Positions 1 through 5,805 of a stretch of DNA of 5,955 bases are shown one piece after another (within the stretch, counting starts at the first letter, position 1; every line of letters starts with the position of its first letter). The DNA is taken from the IMG/VR virus record IMGVR_UViG_2663763000_000004, one strand, 5' to 3'. The position numbers and the translations under genes were made by a program. The notes below the pieces were generated by a model. It was not told where the DNA came from, made no database searches, and saw nothing but the letters and a program-made list of their open reading frames with translations. Origin of the DNA: a virus (lineage: Duplodnaviria; Heunggongvirae; Uroviricota; Caudoviricetes).

Positions 1-52
1 CAGCAATAACAGCCAGCGCACCTTCCATTGCCAGTGAAATATCATCCGACAT
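1..52 (-). CDS. 5' end of a minus-strand gene running off the left edge (N-terminus MSDDISLAMEGALAVIA...); product unknown
   Basis: ATG at 50-52 (reverse complement) preceded by a strong Shine-Dalgarno AGGAGGG (reverse complement of ~55-61) at 4-5 nt spacing; the frame stays open to position 1. Only 17 codons are visible, hydrophobic. Confidence 0.35.
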   Translation of the reverse strand, partial: MSDDISLAMEGALAVIA

Positions 53-167
53 ATTCCCTCCTTTGGTGTTAATCCCGGCGAACGTTTTTACCCCCACCGA
101 CAAATAACATATACTAAAAAAGCGATAGCCATAGCAACGCCTGTAATTGCAAATGCTTCAGGCCAGT

Positions 168-752
168 TCATTGGCGCACCTCCTGCGGCGGTTCTGGTAG
201 CGGCATCCAGTCGGTTACATTGCGGCTCTGTGTTTCGAAAAATTCATCACCATCACGGACTACATCAAAAAACTCACCGTCTCGATATTGCGCATAAAGA
301 ACGAATGCGCCATCACATAAAATAATTACGTGCTGACCGTCATCCGGCATTCGCTCACTACAGCTTATCCAACCATCCAGAGTTACCGGATAGTTGGTTG
401 ACGTTTCCGAGATTTCCCGAAAATTATTGGTTGACGAACCCTTCTTTTCCCGAAAGTTTCCAGCCTGAAGCATGGCGGCGCTGTCTGGCGGGGCAGCATA
501 TAGCGGCACGTATATTTCCGGTTCCTTATCAGCACCGGGTTGCTCTTCCAGTGAGAATGTCTTTCCGGTAAATCGATTCATATAAAGCACGGGCTCTGCT
601 TCCAGCGAAGCCTGAGCAACAAGGGCCAGTGCTAAATCCAACTCAATTGCCTCGAGAGAATTTTTGAATGCTGTCTGTTTTACTGCAAATTTCATCGCCT
701 TTACATTTTCACTAACATGACTGATTAACTGCTCTTTTGTAAAAGTGGTCAT
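168..752 (-). CDS. DUF551-domain phage protein (about 194 aa from the ATG at 752)
   Basis: ORF 168-812. The ORF-track start at 812 is GTG with no RBS; the in-frame ATG at 750-752 is preceded by AAGGAG (reverse complement of 759-764) at 6 nt spacing. The C-terminus WISCSERMPDDGQHVIIL...DGEFF...VTDWMPLPEPP matches the DUF551 signature as I recall it (W-I...P..G........DG.......THWMPLPEPP). Confidence 0.7.
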   Translation of the reverse strand: MTTFTKEQLISHVSENVKAMKFAVKQTAFKNSLEAIELDLALALVAQASLEAEPVLYMNRFTGKTFSLEEQPGADKEPEIYVPLYAAPPDSAAMLQAGNFREKKGSSTNNFREISETSTNYPVTLDGWISCSERMPDDGQHVIILCDGAFVLYAQYRDGEFFDVVRDGDEFFETQSRNVTDWMPLPEPPQEVRQ

Positions 753-808
753 CTCATTCTCCTTTGATGCGAATGCCAGCGACAATTGAAGCCTGATAGC
801 TAATTCAC

Positions 809-997
809 TCACAGTACCGCCTCCTGAAAATTGCCCTGATAGAACGCCAGTACACGCAGCATAACTTCACTCTTCCGGCACTCGCCACAGATTATGTTCT
901 GTTGTCTGTCGTAGCGGCGTATTTCTCCGTCTGGTAACTTTCGAATCAATGTCTGGTCGGTTGTTTTCTCCGCTGCCTTACGCCATACGCGATACAC
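809..997 (-). CDS. small hypothetical protein (62 aa, GTG start)
   Basis: Open frame filling the gap between two better-supported minus-strand genes, abutting the upstream stop. Start is GTG and I see no Shine-Dalgarno; contains a CGEC motif. Support is weak. Confidence 0.3.
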   Translation of the reverse strand: MYRVWRKAAEKTTDQTLIRKLPDGEIRRYDRQQNIICGECRKSEVMLRVLAFYQGNFQEAVL

Positions 998-1204
998 CTA
1001 TTCTGATGTAAAAACACCGTATTTACCGGGCATGTATAAATCGCCACAAGCCAGTACATCCACAAGGCAACGTCTGACTGAATGCCAGCCTGCTCCCGTC
1101 GCTCTCTCCAGTTGTGATATCGTCATGCGTTCATTTTTGCGTACCAGCCCGATAATTCGGGCCTTCAGTTCTTCACGCTGTTCGTGTGTAAAAGGTTTCG
1201 CCAT
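998..1204 (-). CDS. small helix-turn-helix (winged-helix-like) DNA-binding protein, about 68 aa
   Basis: ORF 998-1219, but position 1219 is a TTG; the in-frame ATG at 1202-1204 has GGAGG (reverse complement of 1210-1214) 5 nt upstream. The stretch MTISQLERATGAGWHSVRRCL looks like an HTH recognition region. Confidence 0.55.
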   Translation of the reverse strand: MAKPFTHEQREELKARIIGLVRKNERMTISQLERATGAGWHSVRRCLVDVLACGDLYMPGKYGVFTSE

Positions 1205-1219
1205 AAGCGCCTCCGGCAA

Positions 1220-1990
1220 TCACTTTTCCGACACAATACGACCGGATGAATCGACAATCTGCCGAACAATATCCCGGTGCTTGTTCAGCTCCCGCAGCGC
1301 GGCGCAGACACGCTCCCACTTCTGAACCTGACCTTTTGCCCGGCGCAGCTCGCGGTTAGCCACATGCAGCGATGGTAAAATCAGACCATCCGGATGTTTT
1401 CTGGTGAACAACGGCTGTGACTGCACTGTGACCGCCACACTTTCAGTTTTTATTTCTTCCTGTGTTTCCGCTTCCCGGACTGGTAACGCAACACCTGTTG
1501 GCTGAGGAAAGGCTTTACCATCGGTTTCCGTTACCGATGCAGCTTCCGGCTCTGCCGGTAAATCAGCGCCCGGTATGCAGTAACGAAATTTACCGTTCTG
1601 ATTTACGCGTGCCAGGCGCCCCGTTGCTGTTACGACCGCCAACGTGGAAGCAACCTTGCGAATGCTAACACCGAACTTATCCGCCAGTTCCTCACACGTT
1701 TTAGCCCCATCCTGACAGATAAACTCAATCATCATGTCCGCGGTAACTTTTTGTTCGACCTCCCCGGTCAGCACATCCGGTACTTCAGACTGTGCTGGCT
1801 GCTCTTCGGTTACCCCGGATTCACCTTCACCAGCCAGAAACCAGGTGTGACCCGTTTTATCAACAACGCCATTTTTTTTGAGTTCCCACAGTTCGTTGAG
1901 AACTTCTTCACGGCTGATATCAAGCCGCGCCGCCAGTTCAACAGAATTGGCTTTACCCATCGCTTTCAGTGCATGCAATACGGTTTCCAT
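1220..1990 (-). CDS. phage protein with two winged-helix-like repeats (possibly DUF1627-like), about 256 aa
   Basis: ORF 1220-2041. Two ATG starts are possible: 2041 (overlaps the DnaC-like 3' end by 29 nt, weak and distant SD) and 1990 (GGGAGG 8 nt upstream, 22 nt after the DnaC-like stop), which I prefer. Two similar segments, [29 protein letters not shown] and [28 protein letters not shown], look like repeated wHTH units. The DUF1627 label is recall only. Confidence 0.6.
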   Translation of the reverse strand: METVLHALKAMGKANSVELAARLDISREEVLNELWELKKNGVVDKTGHTWFLAGEGESGVTEEQPAQSEVPDVLTGEVEQKVTADMMIEFICQDGAKTCEELADKFGVSIRKVASTLAVVTATGRLARVNQNGKFRYCIPGADLPAEPEAASVTETDGKAFPQPTGVALPVREAETQEEIKTESVAVTVQSQPLFTRKHPDGLILPSLHVANRELRRAKGQVQKWERVCAALRELNKHRDIVRQIVDSSGRIVSEK

Positions 1991-2012
1991 TAAAACTTCC
2001 TCCCGGTAAAAA

Positions 2013-2759
2013 TCACTTCGCAATTCCTGGCTGGACGACATTCGGACGCCAGCTCTCCCAGTTAAAATTCACCCATCGCCCGCCGTTCATGGTCATGCGA
2101 TCCATAATCCGCTCGCCGAGCAATGTTTTCATGGCCTCATAGTTCAGGTTTGTCAGCATCCCCACGCTGCGCATCGACGCTGTCCGGCGATCAACAATCT
2201 GGTGCAGCACCACCTGCTCGTTTTTCGTCTCGCGCTGAATGCCAATTTCATCAAGAACCAGCAGATCTACTTCGCACAGCTCCCGCAAAAATTTTTCGCC
2301 TGACTGCCCGTCGTCATAGCTGGCGTGCAGGGCGCTCATAACATCAGCCACGGTAACCACAATCACTGTCTGACCGTCTTTCAGCAGGCGATTCCCGATA
2401 GCTGCCGCTAAGTGATTCTTCCCGGTACCAGGTTTTCCGCTGAACGCAAAATTTGTACACCCGGTCATCAGTTCATCGGCGATGGATTTCGCCTGGCTTA
2501 ACGCGTATCGCTGGCCGTCGTTCTGCACCTGGTAATTCGCAAACGAGCATTTACGGTGCAACGGCTGGATGCCTGAACGATTCAGAATTTTTTCCACCCG
2601 CAACTGGCGATTCAGGCGGTTGATCTCCTCGCTACGTTTCTGGCCTTCAGCAAGTTGCCACTCGCGCCACTCCGCTACCGTTCTGAATGGGGCGGTTACA
2701 TGTGGCGGGGTCAGTCGGCGGATGCGTTCCAGAACGCCGCCTGTCGCAATATTTTTCAT
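2013..2759 (-). CDS. DnaC-like replicative helicase loader (AAA+ ATPase)
   Basis: 248 aa with ATG start. Walker [18 protein letters not shown] and Walker [10 protein letters not shown]; the N-terminal MKN...[18 protein letters not shown] and C-terminal [23 protein letters not shown]...[10 protein letters not shown] stretches are near-colinear with E. coli DnaC as I remember it. Sits immediately downstream of the O-like gene, as in the Rac ydaU-ydaV arrangement. Confidence 0.9.
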   Translation of the reverse strand: MKNIATGGVLERIRRLTPPHVTAPFRTVAEWREWQLAEGQKRSEEINRLNRQLRVEKILNRSGIQPLHRKCSFANYQVQNDGQRYALSQAKSIADELMTGCTNFAFSGKPGTGKNHLAAAIGNRLLKDGQTVIVVTVADVMSALHASYDDGQSGEKFLRELCEVDLLVLDEIGIQRETKNEQVVLHQIVDRRTASMRSVGMLTNLNYEAMKTLLGERIMDRMTMNGGRWVNFNWESWRPNVVQPGIAK

Positions 2760-2765
2760 GGTCCG

Positions 2766-3554
2766 TTACCCCCTGAAGCCTGGCGGGATCGCACTGTCCG
2801 GCAACGAGACAGTGTTAACCTGTCGGAGCAACGTCTCAGGCCGAACACCTTTCGGCGCGAACAGGCCCTGGTATTCATTGGCGATGCTGTGTCGAATCAC
2901 CTGCTCAGGTGTAAAACCCTGCTGACGGAATTTTTCCAGCTCCCGTATCGCCCCGTTAGCGCCCTGCTCCGTTCGAATCGGTTTTCGCAATGCCTGCCTG
3001 AACTTAACCCACTCATGCCAGAGTGTTTCCGGCAACCAGTCAGGCAGCTCGATAGCCTCCGGCTCGAATTTTTTAGACGCTCGTTTTTGGCGAGGGGGAT
3101 TTAGGGGGAGATCAGTATTTATATCTTCCTCTTCCTCTTCCTCTGGTAACGCTTTTTGATCCGTTTGTGTAACGCTGCCAGCGTTACCTTTTCGTTTCAG
3201 TTCGCGTATTTTTGTAACTCGCTCGTTTGTAACCGCCCGTTTTTTAGAGCTTTTTCCGTTATGACGTTCAAAGTTAGGTAGAGAAAGCCCACCGTCATTT
3301 TCGACCAGCCATCCAACCTGAATTAACGCATCAGCAAAACCAGCCATAAAAGTGATGCGGTCTATTGCACTTTTTGTAACGCCGCGAGCGTTACAATCTG
3401 CATTACCGTCTATCATTTGTTGATCCGCCCATGCCCAGAAGCGAATAACCTTCCCTAATGCGGCATCTGGATCAATATTCAGAATCTCAGCAAGCCTGAA
3501 TATTTCCGGCTTATCCGGCGTAATAACCTCGAGCTTTATCCAGTTTGAAGCCAT
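2766..3554 (-). CDS. phage replication initiator / replisome organiser (lambda O analogue, YdaU position)
   Basis: 262 aa; ATG at 3552-3554 with AAGGTG 7 nt upstream. Lies directly upstream of, and nearly abutting, the DnaC-like gene. The middle of the gene carries an iteron-like repeat cluster and an acidic EEEEEED linker, as lambda O carries ori. Family is assigned from position and architecture, not from recognised sequence identity. Confidence 0.7.
   Translation of the reverse strand: MASNWIKLEVITPDKPEIFRLAEILNIDPDAALGKVIRFWAWADQQMIDGNADCNARGVTKSAIDRITFMAGFADALIQVGWLVENDGGLSLPNFERHNGKSSKKRAVTNERVTKIRELKRKGNAGSVTQTDQKALPEEEEEEDINTDLPLNPPRQKRASKKFEPEAIELPDWLPETLWHEWVKFRQALRKPIRTEQGANGAIRELEKFRQQGFTPEQVIRHSIANEYQGLFAPKGVRPETLLRQVNTVSLPDSAIPPGFRG
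3145..3237. repeat. iteron-like repeat cluster inside the O-like gene (candidate replication origin)
   Basis: GTAACGC half-sites at 3146-3152 and 3169-3175, inverted GCGTTAC at 3181-3187, and variants GTAACtCGC (3214-3222) and GTAACcGCC (3229-3237); includes the 19-bp palindrome GTAACGCTG-c-CAGCGTTAC (3169-3187). Followed toward the gene 3' end by a pyrimidine-rich (CTTCCT)3 tract and an AT-rich patch (3110-3145). Confidence 0.5.
3374..3396. repeat. second copy of the GTAACGC-N5-GCGTTAC palindrome (TTGTAACGC-cgcga-GCGTTACAA)
   Basis: 9-bp perfect inverted arms inside the 5' part of the O-like gene; same core as 3169-3187 and 3566-3588. Confidence 0.5.
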
Positions 3555-3565
3555 TTGTTTTCACC

Positions 3566-3588
3566 TTGTAACGCTCGCAGCGTTACAT
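3566..3588. repeat. third copy of the GTAACGC-N5-GCGTTAC palindrome, just upstream of the O-like RBS
   Basis: TTGTAACGCt-cgc-aGCGTTACA in the 77-bp spacer between the YdaT-like stop and the O-like start, 14-30 nt upstream of the O-like ATG. No flanking T-run or A-run, so it is not a terminator. Confidence 0.5.
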
Positions 3589-3631
3589 TTAACTGATACC
3601 GAACAAAACAATCCGGCACGATCAATTTCAA

Positions 3632-4054
3632 TCAATGCACTACGACAGAATCGCCGGGCGACCCACCACCGCTGAAATGTGCTTTCCGGTAAACGGCCTG
3701 GACTGCATCATCATGCGCATCAATTGCCGTACTCAACGCTTCCTGCGCCGCCAGTAATGCACGGCGTTCCAGGGTATCGAAGATGCAGAGTCGGTGACGC
3801 AGCTCGCGCGGAAGAATTGCCAGAACCGCAGGGATCAGTTTCTGAATTTTTTCCCTTTGCGCTTTCGTTTCACCTTTCAACCAACGGTGATAGATATTCT
3901 GCTGATTGTTCCAGTCCTTGCCTGGTACAAGGGGCAATTCGCCGCCCCCCTGGCGCAGATATTCTTCAGTAATTGCGTTAGCGACCCACGCCTGCCCTTT
4001 TTCGGCTGCCAGGGCTAACAACACTGATTCGATGTGCTCATGCCTGATTTTCAT
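3632..4054 (-). CDS. ydaT: YdaT-family protein (CII-like regulator / putative toxin of the Rac ydaS-ydaT module)
   Basis: 140 aa; ATG at 4052-4054 overlaps the Cro-like stop as ATGA. The sequence MKIRHEHIESVLLALAAEKGQAWVANAITEEYLRQGGGELPL... matches my recollection of E. coli K-12 Rac YdaT (also 140 aa) very closely. It occupies the cII position between cro and the replication genes. Confidence 0.7.
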   Translation of the reverse strand: MKIRHEHIESVLLALAAEKGQAWVANAITEEYLRQGGGELPLVPGKDWNNQQNIYHRWLKGETKAQREKIQKLIPAVLAILPRELRHRLCIFDTLERRALLAAQEALSTAIDAHDDAVQAVYRKAHFSGGGSPGDSVVVH

Positions 4055-4293
4055 GAATCAACCGCTCCTATGCTGTTTTCGCTATGCTTACCGTCTGGGG
4101 GGAATACATCGTCAAGTCCACAATGAGCGCCAAGCCGATTAAGGGTAGAAACAATTTTTCTGCACTCCTCTAGTCCAGGGGTACGAAAATTTGCTTCGTA
4201 ATTTGCCAGTCGGCTTTGTATCCACCCTAACTGAACAGCAAGTTGTCTTTGAGACAGCCCAAGCTGTTTTCGATATGTTGAAATTTTGTTCAT
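4051..4293 (-). CDS. Cro-like HTH-XRE transcriptional regulator (80 aa)
   Basis: ATG at 4291-4293 with GGAGG (reverse complement of 4301-4305) 6 nt upstream. N-terminal HTH QLGLSQRQLAVQLGWIQSRLANYE of the Cro/C1 (XRE) type. First gene of the minus-strand operon, divergent from the repressor. Confidence 0.8.
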   Translation of the reverse strand: MNKISTYRKQLGLSQRQLAVQLGWIQSRLANYEANFRTPGLEECRKIVSTLNRLGAHCGLDDVFPPDGKHSENSIGAVDS

Positions 4294-4389
4294 TGAAAAC
4301 CTCCGATGACAATTTTAAACACACCTTGTGTTATATGGTCAATCTGTTTTGTGTTTTATGTAAATCACGATTCGTGATACAAGGATGCA
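4294..4389. promoter_or_regulatory. divergent immunity control region (PR-like / PRM-like promoters with operator candidates)
   Basis: 96-bp AT-rich spacer between the divergent HTH genes. Contains a 15-bp inverted repeat AACACAcctTGTGTT (4318-4332), a 15-bp perfect palindrome ATCACGAtTCGTGAT (4364-4378) just upstream of the repressor SD, and direct repeats TTGTGTTaTATG (4326-4337) and TTGTGTTtTATG (4349-4360). On the minus strand, a TTGACC, 17 nt, TTTAAA/TAAAAT arrangement could be the promoter for the Cro-like gene. Confidence 0.6.
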
Positions 4390-4809
4390 ATGGAAAAAGA
4401 AAACGAAAAAATTGCCGCTAGTAGGCTCAATGACAAAATTGCAATGCGTCTTAAAGAGCGCAGGCAGAAGCTTGGTTTATCTCAAGGAAAACTTGCTGAA
4501 ATCTGCGGATGGACGCAATCGCGTATAGGTAACTATGAGGCGGGCAGCAGAAATGTTGGAGTGCATGACGCTGTCGTATTGGGAAAGGCACTTGGCATAT
4601 CTCCTCCTGAGCTCCTATTTGGAGAACAGGAATCTTCTGAATTGTGGTTAAATGAATCCCAACGAAAACTTCTTGAGTTGTTTAACCAGCTACCTGGCTC
4701 AGAACAACAACGAATGATTGAGCTATTTGAAGTCCGGCTAAAAGAAATCGATGAGTATGTAGAAAAATATTTGAGAGGCAGGCTTAAAGATAATCCCCCA
4801 CCGGAGTAA
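4390..4809 (+). CDS. DicA-like prophage repressor (N-terminal HTH-XRE, C-terminal dimerisation region, no S24 peptidase domain)
   Basis: 139 aa; ATG at 4390 with AAGGA 4-5 nt upstream. HTH KLGLSQGKLAEICGWTQSRIGNYE; the C-terminal SQRKLLELFNQLPGSEQQRMIELFEVRLK resembles the DicA C-terminus (SPKELELLELFNALPESEQ...) as I recall it. Divergent from the Cro-like gene. Confidence 0.8.
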   Translation: MEKENEKIAASRLNDKIAMRLKERRQKLGLSQGKLAEICGWTQSRIGNYEAGSRNVGVHDAVVLGKALGISPPELLFGEQESSELWLNESQRKLLELFNQLPGSEQQRMIELFEVRLKEIDEYVEKYLRGRLKDNPPPE

Positions 4810-4838
4810 TGATCTTGCTATCACAGTAATATGCCAAT

Positions 4839-4864
4839 CAGCCCGCTATCAGCGGGCTTTTTTG
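4839..4864 (+). terminator. rho-independent terminator downstream of the repressor gene
   Basis: Perfect 8-bp GC-rich stem AGCCCGCT (4840-4847) / AGCGGGCT (4851-4858) with a 3-nt loop ATC, followed by a T-run (4858-4863), 30 nt after the repressor stop. Confidence 0.8.
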
Positions 4865-4892
4865 TACCATCATCATATGACACCCACCACAA

Positions 4893-4935
4893 AACACATT
4901 TCGTGTTGACATAAGAAAACGCATTGTGTTTAATA
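4893..4935 (+). promoter_or_regulatory. PL/OL-like promoter with overlapping operator-like palindromes, driving the downstream accessory gene
   Basis: -35 TTGACA (4906-4911), 17-bp spacer, -10 TTTAAT (4929-4934) with TG at 4927-4928. The inverted repeat AACACatttcGTGTT (4893-4907) overlaps the -35, and an imperfect repeat AAACGCattGTGTTT (4917-4931) overlaps the spacer and -10. The motif AACAC-N5-GTGTT is the same as at 4318-4332. Confidence 0.55.
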
Positions 4936-5103
4936 AGCATATCCAAACAACGCCCCACCAGAGAACGGCTGGACAATACCTCGAGTTATCCAGCCACTGA
5001 ACAGGGCTAAGTAGCCAGCCTGAGGCATACGAACATGACGGCAGTTGTTGATTGATACAAAGCGCAGTAGATAAAACGTTCCGCCACCCGGCGTTAAGGG
5101 GAA

Positions 5104-5805
5104 ATGAGGTCAACANNNNNNNNNNNNNNNNNNNNNNNNNNNNNNNNNNNNNNNNNNNNNNNNNNNNNNNNNNNNNNNNNNNNNNNNNNNNNNNNCCAGG
5201 AGATTGCAGCACACACACTTCGTCATCGTCTGAACGAACTTGAATTGGAATCGGTAACGAAAAAAGACACTGATAATATGGCTCGTAATGTGCGCGATGC
5301 GTTTACCGGATTGTATTTCTGTGCGTCTATAAATAAACACGACTCAGAGAGTGTGGCAAATAAAATTGCAGAAACGACAGCGCAAAACATCAATACGAAA
5401 CCAACGGAAGAAGAAATTGATCAGTTTGCTCATGATGCTGGTTTAAAAAACAAGAAAGAAAAATCGCCATATGCGGGGAACATGTTTGTTTATGACAATC
5501 TCATCAGAATTCGTGGCGAAATTCCGGCGGAATACCTGGCAAGAGTCCATCAGGCATTGCTTAAAAATTTGGAAACAGAATTATTTGATGGCAACACTAA
5601 CGGTTTCTTCATGGTATCAGGCCTTGAGAAAGACTGGGATGCAGAAAAACGCTGGAATGTTGCTACATGGTTATTCAGTAACAGAGCCGCTGCACTGGAA
5701 GCTTCGGCATGTATTTGCGGCCTGTTCTTAACAGACCACAAATATAATCTGGATGTGTACAGTTATATTTACGCTGAACACGGTCCACTCTGGATTGACT
5801 GGTAA
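5104..5805 (+). CDS. hypothetical protein of unknown function; lower-GC accessory gene in the cI-proximal position, interrupted by an assembly gap
   Basis: ATG at 5104 with strong SD AAGGGG (5095-5100); 80 N at 5116-5195; then a continuous open frame 5196-5805 ending in TAA (5803-5805). Hand-counted GC in three 60-nt blocks (5281-5460) is roughly 35-43 percent, against roughly 50 percent in a replication-gene block (2401-2460). The gap length, and so the frame link between 5104 and 5196, cannot be trusted; an in-frame ATG at 5278 has no SD. No motif I recognise. Confidence 0.5.
   Translation: MRSTXXXXXXXXXXXXXXXXXXXXXXXXXXXQEIAAHTLRHRLNELELESVTKKDTDNMARNVRDAFTGLYFCASINKHDSESVANKIAETTAQNINTKPTEEEIDQFAHDAGLKNKKEKSPYAGNMFVYDNLIRIRGEIPAEYLARVHQALLKNLETELFDGNTNGFFMVSGLEKDWDAEKRWNVATWLFSNRAAALEASACICGLFLTDHKYNLDVYSYIYAEHGPLWIDW
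5116..5195. other. assembly gap (80 N)
   Basis: Run of exactly 80 ambiguous bases, a conventional scaffold-gap placeholder. Confidence 0.99.

Noticed and set aside
100-167. Possible terminator or promoter between the DUF551 gene and the left-edge gene
   Set aside because: There is an A6 run (115-120, a T-run on the minus strand), but I could not find a convincing adjacent stem, and the promoter-like hexamers are weak. Not reported as a feature.
768-812. GTG start at 812 for the DUF551 gene (ORF-track start)
   Set aside because: No RBS, and it would overlap the upstream small ORF; the ATG at 752 with AAGGAG is much better supported.
1205-1219. Start at 1219 for the small HTH gene
   Set aside because: Position 1217-1219 is a TTG with no RBS of its own; the ATG at 1204 with GGAGG is preferred.
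1032-3104. Plus-strand ORFs 1032-1325, 1462-1668, 1751-1993, 2123-2341, 2569-2925 and 2655-3104
   Set aside because: All lie antisense inside well-supported minus-strand genes (small HTH, two-wHTH protein, DnaC-like, O-like), with Ser/Arg/Pro-rich low-complexity translations and no convincing RBS.
3169-3588. CRISPR-like interpretation of the repeated palindromes
   Set aside because: Only three copies, about 200 bp apart, two of them inside a coding sequence, and no cas genes; origin or operator sites fit better.
3679-4142. Plus-strand ORFs 3679-3972, 3794-4018 and 3906-4142
   Set aside because: Antisense to the YdaT-like and Cro-like genes; the compositions look like shadow ORFs.
4139-4421. 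ORFs 4139-4324 (-) and 4191-4421 (+)
   Set aside because: They overlap the Cro-like gene and the divergent promoter region in the wrong frame or strand; the regulatory interpretation explains this DNA better.
4838-5218. 126-aa minus-strand ORF spanning the N run
   Set aside because: Its frame depends on the arbitrary 80-N gap and it runs antisense through the terminator, promoter and leader; no RBS. An artefact of open frame across the gap.
5052-5741. ORFs 5052-5243 (+), 5110-5340 (-), 5471-5731 (+) and 5550-5741 (-)
   Set aside because: Either they depend on translating the N run, or they are alternative-frame or antisense overlaps of the longer 5104/5196-5805 frame.
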